This document shows positions 1-7,278 of a stretch of DNA of 32,000 nucleotides, in pieces. Every line of letters starts with the position of its first letter. Positions within the stretch are counted from its first letter, which is position 1. Position numbers and translations under genes: made by a program. Below the pieces are notes generated by a model, which made no database searches, was not told where the DNA came from, and saw only the letters and a program-made list of their open reading frames with translations. Origin of the DNA: Candidatus Saccharimonas aalborgensis (GTDB taxonomy: Bacteria > Patescibacteriota > Saccharimonadia > Saccharimonadales > Saccharimonadaceae); assembly GCF_000392435.1 (NCBI RefSeq), contig NC_021219.1:240001-272000 (forward strand). The letters are read 5' to 3'.

Positions 1-755
1 CGGTAGGTGCCAATGGCGCAGCTGTTGTTCTCACCAGCAACGCTGACTACACATTTAGTGGAACTGTCTCGAAATTTAGTAACTTCCCAGCTGGTGATTC
101 CTTTGTCGTCAAAAAAGGTACCGGTACAGCAACTCTCACTGGCGGTCTCGATACAAGCTATATCGCAGGTGTCGCCCCAGTATTTGGCGCCCAAGAAGGA
201 TCACTTATCTTAAATGGTGTATTTACGGAAGCGGGTACGCAGGTCTTGAGTGGCGCGACACTCAAAGGCACTGGAACAGTTGGCGCTGTCACTGTCGATA
301 ACGGCGGCGCAGTGAGTGTTGGCAATAGCCCTGGTTGTATGACCTTCGGCTCACTGACCCTCAACTCTGGCTCCACATACACGCAAGAGATCTCTGGCAC
401 AACCGCCTGTACACAGTACGACCAAGCAACCGTCACCGGCGCCGCAGTGCTTGGCAATGCGACTCTAGCTACTACACTAAGTACAAACCCTGCTGACGGC
501 ACTGTCTTCACAATCTTGACCGCAGCGTCGGTCAGCGGCACATTTAACGGTCTCCCAGACGGCGCTACCGTGAACGTCAACGGCGTTACACTACGTATTA
601 ACTACACCGCAACATCAGTCACCTTGACGAAAGTTGGCGGTAACCTTGCACCAACCGGATCGTCTACCGCTATCTACGGGCTACTCGGTCTATGTATGGT
701 GCTGCTTTCCACTCTTGCACTCAGACGTTATCGATTTAACAATCACACTAATTAG
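1..755 (+). CDS. C-terminal part of a large secreted beta-strand-repeat surface protein with an LAPTG sortase-type sorting signal (5' end outside window)
   Basis: The frame of nt 3 is open from the window edge to TAG 753-755. The track ORF 246..755 is only its TTG-initiated tail. Gly/Thr/Val/Asn-rich repeats (KKGTGTATLTGG, LKGTGTVGAVTVDNGGAVSVGNSPG) resemble adhesin/autotransporter-associated beta-strand repeats. The C-terminus has LAPTG (645-659), a hydrophobic stretch AIYGLLGLCMVLLSTLAL and RRYR, which together form an LPXTG-like cell-wall sorting signal. Confidence 0.75.
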   Translation, partial: VGANGAAVVLTSNADYTFSGTVSKFSNFPAGDSFVVKKGTGTATLTGGLDTSYIAGVAPVFGAQEGSLILNGVFTEAGTQVLSGATLKGTGTVGAVTVDNGGAVSVGNSPGCMTFGSLTLNSGSTYTQEISGTTACTQYDQATVTGAAVLGNATLATTLSTNPADGTVFTILTAASVSGTFNGLPDGATVNVNGVTLRINYTATSVTLTKVGGNLAPTGSSTAIYGLLGLCMVLLSTLALRRYRFNNHTN

Positions 756-768
756 CCGGAGGTAACCT

Positions 769-1407
769 ATGAAAGCTAAGCTACTGATCGCTGCCCTTGT
801 CAGCTGTGCCGTGATTGCTGGAGGAGTATTCCTCTTTGTTAGCAAGAGTAACCCTAACGCACCGAGTGGTGGAGCAACCCCCTCGCAAAATAACACATCT
901 GATACAACACCAGACTCACCAAAACTCAAAGCCCAAACCGTTGGTCAATTAGCCGACTGCTCTACCTACACGTTTGACGAACTCAGCAAGGTCTGGGGTG
1001 TGCCCTTTGTTGATACCGATATCAACAAAGTCTCCGAGTTGTCGACAAGCGGCGGCAAGCTATACTCCTGTACCTACAACCAGACCGATTCCGGCACCGG
1101 TGTGAGCTATGTCATAGAATACCGTGAACATCCGAGCGTTGAAAGCGCAAAGCAAAGCATGAACGACACTCGCAGCACCGAAAAATACGGCGACAAAGTG
1201 TATTACCTCAAAGAGGACAAAGCCGGCGTCGGTGACGAAGCATTTTTCTGGGCGCGTAACCGCACTGACGGCAGTAAGGAGCCCAATCAACAGATGTATA
1301 TCCGGAAGGGAGCTGTCGTATTCCTTCTCTCAGCGATAAATCTCGATGGTGTCAATTCGACCTACAAAGATAAGCTAGTATCTTCTTATAAATTACACTA
1401 TGAATAA
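769..1407 (+). CDS. hypothetical secreted or membrane-anchored protein
   Basis: ATG 769 lies 5 nt after GGAGGT (758-763). N-terminal hydrophobic anchor/signal MKAKLLIAALVSCAVIAGGVFLFV. The rest has no motif I recognise. Confidence 0.7.
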   Translation: MKAKLLIAALVSCAVIAGGVFLFVSKSNPNAPSGGATPSQNNTSDTTPDSPKLKAQTVGQLADCSTYTFDELSKVWGVPFVDTDINKVSELSTSGGKLYSCTYNQTDSGTGVSYVIEYREHPSVESAKQSMNDTRSTEKYGDKVYYLKEDKAGVGDEAFFWARNRTDGSKEPNQQMYIRKGAVVFLLSAINLDGVNSTYKDKLVSSYKLHYE

Positions 1408-1418
1408 ATATTCAGCCG

Positions 1419-2024
1419 TTAGAACTGACTACTAAAGGCGCGTAAGTGGTTCTCGGAACCCCTACGAAGCCCCTCTAGGGTCAAGATAACGTCCTGATCA
1501 CTGGCAGTTTTGAGCTGAGCGTTGATATCTGCAATATCTTTTTCCTCGATTGCAATCCCGGCCTTATATGCCTGGATAACGCTTTTGCTACCTTGAGCGA
1601 TCAGTTGATTATACAGGGTCTGTAGTTCTTGATTACGAAATACTCCGAGTTCGGCCGACCGCGGATCAGCAACATTTCGCGCTTGGAGCAACGTCAGAAC
1701 TCGGCTTTGATGTGCCTGTTCGCTACTAAGTATGTTACCGAATACCCTAACTCCATAGAGCTCATACATCTTTGTGTAGACATCGTGTGCAAGCTTCTCT
1801 TCCTCAATAAGGTACAACAGGAGCGACTCTGTCGTGTCTTTGGTAGCAGAACCTTGTTCAATTGTAGAATCAAACGCATTGGAATTATTTGCTACCATGT
1901 TTGTTTGAATCTTATTCGTGGGAGAGGGCTCATACCGAATGGCGACACTATAACCTACTACACCCGCTAGTATCGTTATTGCTATAGCTATTATAGCGGT
2001 AATTGTTATTCGAAGTTGTGTCAT
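1419..2024 (-). CDS. membrane-anchored ferritin-like protein (DUF2202-like)
   Basis: An N-terminal TM segment is followed by a two-repeat ferritin-like pattern (LIEEEKLAHDVY...SSEQAHQSRV...IAIEEKDIADI...GSENHLRAF). I moved the start to ATG 2024, which has AAAGGA 6 nt upstream. The track ORF starts at 2054. Confidence 0.7.
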   Translation of the reverse strand: MTQLRITITAIIAIAITILAGVVGYSVAIRYEPSPTNKIQTNMVANNSNAFDSTIEQGSATKDTTESLLLYLIEEEKLAHDVYTKMYELYGVRVFGNILSSEQAHQSRVLTLLQARNVADPRSAELGVFRNQELQTLYNQLIAQGSKSVIQAYKAGIAIEEKDIADINAQLKTASDQDVILTLEGLRRGSENHLRAFSSQF

Positions 2025-2097
2025 ATTCTGTCCTTTCAACTTATACGCACACATAAGTGTACATAGTCTCGCTGAAAAACAGCTGAATGATTTTATA

Positions 2098-2433
2098 CTA
2101 ACTGGTGACGCTTTTTAGCTCACTCTCTAGCACATTGGCAGGTCGTGCCCCTACAAGTTCCTTGACAACCTTGCCACCCTTAAAGACTTGCATATTAGGA
2201 ATACCCCGCACGCCATATTTGCTTGCCAACTGGCTATTGTCCGCCGATGCTTCGACATCAATCTTAATGACGTCAAGCACATCATCCATCTTCTTTGCCA
2301 CATCTTCAAGAATTGGCGCCATCACGCGACACGGTGGACACCACGTTGCCCAAAAATCTACGAGCACTATCTTTTTACTTTTTAGAACTTTGTCATCAAA
2401 TTCTTGATTTGTTGTTGTACTATAAAGAGCCAC
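2098..2433 (-). CDS. trxA: thioredoxin
   Basis: 111 aa with active site FWATWCPPC. GTG start with a GGAGGT Shine-Dalgarno 5-6 nt upstream. Confidence 0.95.
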   Translation of the reverse strand: MALYSTTTNQEFDDKVLKSKKIVLVDFWATWCPPCRVMAPILEDVAKKMDDVLDVIKIDVEASADNSQLASKYGVRGIPNMQVFKGGKVVKELVGARPANVLESELKSVTS

Positions 2434-2465
2434 TAAACACCTCCCGATAATTTGTAATACTAATG

Positions 2466-2861
2466 CTAGTGCGTAACGACCTTATCAAGCATTTTGGCAT
2501 CATCAATCCATGCCTGCACCTCAGACTCAGTTGGCAAACGACGTACAAGTCGGGCGTGTGATTGCATGGCCGCAACGAGATTCGCTGCGTTTCGCTGTGC
2601 AAGCTCAGTCGGACTGTCGACACCAACCGCTTCGAGCAGGTCAGAATATTCTTCACCAACACCCTTGATGCGCATGAGGTCTGCACGATTTACCCACTCA
2701 AGTACCGTTGCTTCGCTTGCCCCCACCTGACTCGCTAGGGCAACTCGTCCTGCCTTTGGACCAGCAACCTCTAGTAACTTTTCAGTAGTTCGTATGCCCG
2801 CTTCAGCTAGTTTGTCTGCCCATTTTGCACCGATTCCTTCGATATCTACAATACTTGTCAT
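2466..2861 (-). CDS. DUF4332-like helix-hairpin-helix protein
   Basis: Repeated HhH-like segments (IEGIGAKWADKLAEAGI, IKGVGEEYSDLLEAVGV). AAGGAG lies 8 nt upstream of ATG 2861, and a TATAAT box is at 2895-2900 (minus strand). Confidence 0.8.
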   Translation of the reverse strand: MTSIVDIEGIGAKWADKLAEAGIRTTEKLLEVAGPKAGRVALASQVGASEATVLEWVNRADLMRIKGVGEEYSDLLEAVGVDSPTELAQRNAANLVAAMQSHARLVRRLPTESEVQAWIDDAKMLDKVVTH

Positions 2862-2940
2862 TTCACACTCTCCTTATGATTCGTGATACTTCGTATTATA
2901 CGCCCCCTCGATATACGTTACTAGCATCATTAGTCCACTA

Positions 2941-3606
2941 CTATAAGAGGTGCTTCGTATAGCCACGACGTATTAATTCGTTATAGGCATCAAGTACGTC
3001 TGGTGGTATATCTTGGGTTATTTGGAATCCTTTTTTTGGATATAACATTACCCGTTGAAGATCACCCACCATTGTGTTAACCGTGTGCGAAAAGTCATAG
3101 CGCGCGTCGCTTGTGTACTCATCGAAACTAGCTTTTATAGTAGTGGTCATGATGCGTGGCTTTGGATCCGCTGGCCACTGCTGCATGAAGGTCGCATAGG
3201 TCCGTCTCAGCATAAATGGTTTTTGAACGAGTAGTATACTCGATGCCCTCAGCCCCAATTCGACAATCATTTTATATCCAAAAATAATGTTTTCACCTGT
3301 GTTCGTGGCATGTTCTTCTTTTATAATTACGCTGGGTGGTATGCCAAGTTTAATCATCCTTTGTTCAAGCATCTCCGCTTCACTACGATCAAAAAACTTG
3401 CCTGTTGACCCGCTGTCTCCTGAAACGAGGATGGCAGGAGCATATCCTGCTTGATAGATTTCTGCGGCGCGATCAGCAATCCGTACATCATCACTTCCAA
3501 GCACAAAAATCAGATCAGTCTTTTCGATCGGCTGTTCATAACGCATATAGTCCCAAACGATCTTGGCAAGATCTCGGTCAGACTGCTGCAACACGAGCCT
3601 TCTCAC
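2941..3606 (-). CDS. cytosolic YdcF/DUF218 family protein (paralog 1)
   Basis: DUF218 core motifs: DLIFVLGS, ILVSGDSGSTG, EEHATNTGENIIF, LLVQKPFMLRR. No TM segment. Start uncertain (GTG 3606, GTG 3594 or TTG 3591). All three candidates overlap the end of trhO. Confidence 0.8.
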   Translation of the reverse strand: MRRLVLQQSDRDLAKIVWDYMRYEQPIEKTDLIFVLGSDDVRIADRAAEIYQAGYAPAILVSGDSGSTGKFFDRSEAEMLEQRMIKLGIPPSVIIKEEHATNTGENIIFGYKMIVELGLRASSILLVQKPFMLRRTYATFMQQWPADPKPRIMTTTIKASFDEYTSDARYDFSHTVNTMVGDLQRVMLYPKKGFQITQDIPPDVLDAYNELIRRGYTKHLL

Positions 3607-4477
3607 GACAGGACATAGTATGAAATAGATTTTCTTTATTGTTCATACATGACTTACATATCAGCACCAACTCATTACAGCTTGGCTCAGCACAATTCTC
3701 GTAATTGCTGGTTGGTCCATCACAATGCACACACCTCCCAATAGTCTTGGTATGATCACTAAAGTTCATTCCCATGCGACCATCGAAGACATAGAGCTGG
3801 CCTTCCCACAATCCATCATCACCATATGCCTCACCGTATTTCACGATGCCTCCATCAATTTGGTAAACATCTTTGAAGCCACGCTGCTTCATCATAGCGC
3901 TCAGGAGTTCACAGCGCACACCGCCCGTACAATAACTAATCACTTTTTTGTCTTTGAGATCGTCATATTTACCGCTCTCAAGTTCACGCTTGAAGTCACG
4001 GCTCGTCCGCGTATCGGGCACGACAGCATTTTTGAACTGGCCTACTTTTGCTTCGTAGTGATTGCGTCCGTCAAAAAACACCACGTTATCACCATATTTC
4101 TCAACCATTTCGTTAACCTCATGAGGCTTAAGGTGAGGGCCCCTTCCCACTACTCCGTTTGTGTCGATCTTGATTTCGTCCCATGTTTCAAATGCTACAA
4201 GTTCCTTTTTGACTTTTACGCTCATGCGCGGGAAATCATCGCGTGAACCATCGGACCACTTCCATAAGATATCTTTAAATCCCGGGAATGCTTTTGTGGC
4301 TTTAATGTAGCGCTTGAGATCATCGATATCCCCGCCAACCGTACCGTTGATACCTTGCGTACTTACGAGGATCCGACCTTTTAGATTGAGTGAATCGCAG
4401 AGAGTTTTTTGCCATAACTTTAAAAGCTCAGGATCATCGATTGGGAAAAACTTATAGTACAGCAGTATTTTTTGCAT
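3578..4477 (-). CDS. trhO: rhodanese-domain tRNA uridine(34) hydroxylase (UPF0176/YceA family)
   Basis: MQKILLYYKF...GRILVSTQGINGTVGG N-terminus, rhodanese loop YCTGGVRCE, Cys-rich C-terminus. Start set to ATG 4477. The track's N-terminal extension looks spurious. Confidence 0.85.
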   Translation of the reverse strand: MQKILLYYKFFPIDDPELLKLWQKTLCDSLNLKGRILVSTQGINGTVGGDIDDLKRYIKATKAFPGFKDILWKWSDGSRDDFPRMSVKVKKELVAFETWDEIKIDTNGVVGRGPHLKPHEVNEMVEKYGDNVVFFDGRNHYEAKVGQFKNAVVPDTRTSRDFKRELESGKYDDLKDKKVISYCTGGVRCELLSAMMKQRGFKDVYQIDGGIVKYGEAYGDDGLWEGQLYVFDGRMGMNFSDHTKTIGRCVHCDGPTSNYENCAEPSCNELVLICKSCMNNKENLFHTMSCREKARVAAV

Positions 4478-4483
4478 ACTATT

Positions 4484-4489
4484 ATTGTA
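4484..4489 (-). promoter_or_regulatory. -10 box (TACAAT) 6 nt upstream of the trhO ATG, suggesting a leaderless or near-leaderless mRNA
   Basis: The minus strand reads TACAAT aatagt ATG. No Shine-Dalgarno is present. Confidence 0.4.
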
Positions 4490-4568
4490 CCGTTTTTTTA
4501 TATGTAAGTTCAAACCTATATTTTTACTACTCACCGCTGAGCAAATATGTTTTTTATGCTATAAACTC

Positions 4569-4597
4569 TTGCAAACAATACCTTTACCAGGCATAAT
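4569..4597 (+). promoter_or_regulatory. candidate sigma70-type promoter for the ABC-exporter leader
   Basis: TTGCAA (4569-4574), 17-nt spacer, CATAAT (4592-4597). Confidence 0.5.
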
Positions 4598-4606
4598 GGT
4601 AGGACT

Positions 4607-4675
4607 ATGAACCATTCTAACGGTTCCTCTACTCGCAAATGTTGGGACGGTCCCAACCGCTCGCGGAATAATTAA
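4607..4675 (+). CDS. candidate 22-codon leader peptide (MNHSNGSSTRKCWDGPNRSRNN)
   Basis: The ATG lies 9 nt after the CATAAT box, which is the same leaderless geometry seen at other genes here. The ORF contains a 7-bp hairpin (4641-4657) and ends just before the hairpin at 4676-4688. There is no other support. Confidence 0.25.
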   Translation: MNHSNGSSTRKCWDGPNRSRNN

Positions 4676-4746
4676 CACCTATCAGGTGGTATCGAAAACA
4701 TGGGTTATTTTTTGCCCGTGAACTAATTACTGCCCCAAGGAGAACC

Positions 4747-6516
4747 ATGCAGGAACCAAAAGCCAATACCAAAGCTATCAAAAAAACGCTTCGCCTCTAC
4801 CTTAGTATCATCACGAGGGGTTGGCGCTATACCCTCTCTATTACCATCGCTGTTGCGCTGGGGAGTATTCTTATCTTTTATGTACCCCCTCTCATCATCG
4901 CGGCACTTTTACGACATACAGGCGATCTTCATTTTGAAGCGTTTTGGCCCTACGTCTTTTGGTTTGGCCTCGCGTGGCTGGTGGGTGAACTGTTCTGGCG
5001 CGTCGCCCTCCACTTGATGATCCGTTTTGAGATTAAAACCATTCGCACTCTCTATAAGGACGCGCTTGCTACTTTGCTCGAGAAAGATCTCCTGTTCTTT
5101 CATAACCGTTTTGCTGGCACCATCACAAAGAATACGCTTGCTTACGCACGACGATTTGAGGGATTTTTTGACACCATTGTATTTGAAGTGGTGTCGCAGT
5201 TGTTTCCCGCTATCTTTGCTGCCATTGTCTTATGGACTATCAGCCCGTGGTTATCGGTGACACTTATGATAATGATGTTGGTGGGCGTGGTAATCGTCAT
5301 CCCCCTTGTCACGCGCCGTATCAAACTTGTTCGCGATCGCGAGGATGCACATGCCACGATGTCTGGACATATTGCCGATGTTATCGCAAATGTTGCCGCA
5401 GTGAAGGCCTATGGTGCCGAACAAGATGAACACACGACTCACCGACATCATGTCGATTCATTTATAGAAAAGGCGGCCAAGAGTTGGCACTATCAAAATA
5501 ATCGAATCGACATGGCGATTTCACCACTTTATGTTGCAACAAATGTCGTGGGACTTTGGATCGTACTGAGTCTGGGGGTTGATGCATCCACAAAAGCGAA
5601 TCTTTTTATTGGCTACAGTTACTTTGCAACAGTGACGCGTTTCCTGTGGTCGTTCAATAGTGTGTACCGGCGTCTTGAAGAAGCGATTACTGAGGCTTCG
5701 CTCTTTACTGCATACCTGCTAGAGAAACCAAAAATTTCTGATGCAGCAGATGCAAAACCACTGAACGTTTCGGTTGGGAATATTGTGTTTGACGATGTTA
5801 CTTTCACACATTCAGAAAACCCAGATGCGCTATTTAGAGACTTTACCCTCACTATCGCGCCTGGCGAAAAAGTTGGCCTCGTCGGACCTTCGGGAGCAGG
5901 TAAGTCAACGTTTGTAGCGCTACTACTACGCTTTATGGACATCGATGCCGGTCGGATTACGATCGACGGACAAACTATTGCTGATGTTACCCAACAAAGC
6001 CTTCATAGAAGTATCGCCTATGTACCTCAGGAACCCGTCCTCTTTCATCGAACACTGCGCGAAAATATTGCCTACGGCAAACGGCACGCGAGTGATGCAG
6101 ACATTATTACTGCTGCGAAACAAGCCAATGCCTGGGACTTTATCGCACAACTTCCTCAAGGTCTTGATACCCTCGTTGGCGAACGTGGTGTGAAACTAAG
6201 TGGTGGTCAGCGGCAACGTATTGCTATTGCCCGCGCCATGCTGAAAGATGCACCAATTTTAGTACTAGACGAGGCGACATCTGCCCTCGACAGCGAGAGC
6301 GAGAAACTTATCCAGGCGAGCCTCGGCGACCTCATGAAAGATCGCACCAGTATCGTCATTGCTCATCGACTCTCCACGATTGCAAAGCTTGATCGTATCG
6401 TCGTCCTCGATCGCGGCACCATTGCTGAGAACGGAACGCATGGCGAATTACTACAGCAACATGGCATTTACGCAAAACTGTGGGCGCACCAGAGTGGCGG
6501 ATTTATCGAAGAATAG
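4747..6516 (+). CDS. ABC transporter, fused permease/ATPase (type I exporter, MsbA/multidrug-like)
   Basis: N-terminal 6-TM domain. Walker A GPSGAGKST, signature LSGGQRQR, Walker B ILVLDEATSALD. AAGGAG lies just upstream of the ATG. Confidence 0.95.
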   Translation: MQEPKANTKAIKKTLRLYLSIITRGWRYTLSITIAVALGSILIFYVPPLIIAALLRHTGDLHFEAFWPYVFWFGLAWLVGELFWRVALHLMIRFEIKTIRTLYKDALATLLEKDLLFFHNRFAGTITKNTLAYARRFEGFFDTIVFEVVSQLFPAIFAAIVLWTISPWLSVTLMIMMLVGVVIVIPLVTRRIKLVRDREDAHATMSGHIADVIANVAAVKAYGAEQDEHTTHRHHVDSFIEKAAKSWHYQNNRIDMAISPLYVATNVVGLWIVLSLGVDASTKANLFIGYSYFATVTRFLWSFNSVYRRLEEAITEASLFTAYLLEKPKISDAADAKPLNVSVGNIVFDDVTFTHSENPDALFRDFTLTIAPGEKVGLVGPSGAGKSTFVALLLRFMDIDAGRITIDGQTIADVTQQSLHRSIAYVPQEPVLFHRTLRENIAYGKRHASDADIITAAKQANAWDFIAQLPQGLDTLVGERGVKLSGGQRQRIAIARAMLKDAPILVLDEATSALDSESEKLIQASLGDLMKDRTSIVIAHRLSTIAKLDRIVVLDRGTIAENGTHGELLQQHGIYAKLWAHQSGGFIEE

Positions 6517-6567
6517 GTATAGTCGAGTTTACTAGATTATTGGTTCGTAGCTTGTTAGGCTAGAGGT

Positions 6568-7278
6568 ATGAGTTACGAACCAATTATCCACACCGTTCAG
6601 GCAAGCATATTGCGGCAACTACTGTTTACACCACGGGCATCATTTGCTGACTTGCAAAAAGAGACAAATCTATCGAGCGATCATTTCACCTTTCACATAA
6701 AGAAACTTATCGAATCAGGCCTCATCGAAAAAAATGCCTCCCAGTATCAACTAACTCTCACCGGCAAAGAATATGCCAATCGTATGGACACTGATAGTCA
6801 TGTCATAGAGCGCCAACCAAAAGTTTCCACGCTACTGATTGTCGAGCGCACACTACCTGATGGCACCTACCAGTACCTTGTCCAACAGCGCCTCAAGCAA
6901 CCTTTTTATGGATTTTGGGGACTGTTTGGCGGAAAAGTCGGCTGGGGAGAATCATTTGAGGACACCGCTAGGCGTGAGCTTAAAGAGGAATCAGGTCTTG
7001 ACGGCACCTTTGTCTACAAATTTCTGCACCGAAAACGTGATTACAAAAAATCAGATAATTCCCTGCTTGAGGATAAAGTATTTGCCGTAATGTTCTGCGA
7101 TAATGCGAGTGGCACACTCAAAACTGAGTTTGAGGGAGGTCACAATGAATGGCTCACGATTGACTCATTACGAGCAAAGGACAACTATTTCTCAGATGCT
7201 CCACTCCTGCTTGAAATGGCGCATAGCCCTGAGCAGTATATTGCAAAAGACTATTTCTATACGAGCGAAGAATACTAG
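6568..7278 (+). CDS. winged-helix (MarR/ArsR-like) domain fused to a Nudix hydrolase domain
   Basis: The N-terminus ILRQLLFTPRASFADLQKETNLSSDHFTFHIKKLIESGLIEK looks like a wHTH. The Nudix box is GGKVGWGESFEDTARRELKEESGL. Confidence 0.85.
   Translation: MSYEPIIHTVQASILRQLLFTPRASFADLQKETNLSSDHFTFHIKKLIESGLIEKNASQYQLTLTGKEYANRMDTDSHVIERQPKVSTLLIVERTLPDGTYQYLVQQRLKQPFYGFWGLFGGKVGWGESFEDTARRELKEESGLDGTFVYKFLHRKRDYKKSDNSLLEDKVFAVMFCDNASGTLKTEFEGGHNEWLTIDSLRAKDNYFSDAPLLLEMAHSPEQYIAKDYFYTSEEY

Noticed and set aside
7-213. A 68-aa ORF at the window start
   Set aside because: It is out of frame with, and fully overlapped by, the open frame that continues into the LAPTG surface protein and carries the repeat motifs.
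4601-4640. A fluoride-riboswitch-like string (CUAACGGUUCCUCUACU compared with the CUGAUGGCCUCUACU I recall from crcB motifs)
   Set aside because: The upstream half of the motif (GGCGAUG...AAACUGCC plus the P3 hairpin) is missing, and the spacing is about 20 nt too short. The downstream gene is an ABC exporter rather than a fluoride channel.
7275-7278. Convergent genes sharing palindromic double stop codons (CTAG at 7275-7278 for Nudix and the helicase; TTAA at 14771-14774 for the small membrane protein and sbcB)
   Set aside because: This is real but is most simply a by-product of extreme genome compaction. There is no associated structure or motif.
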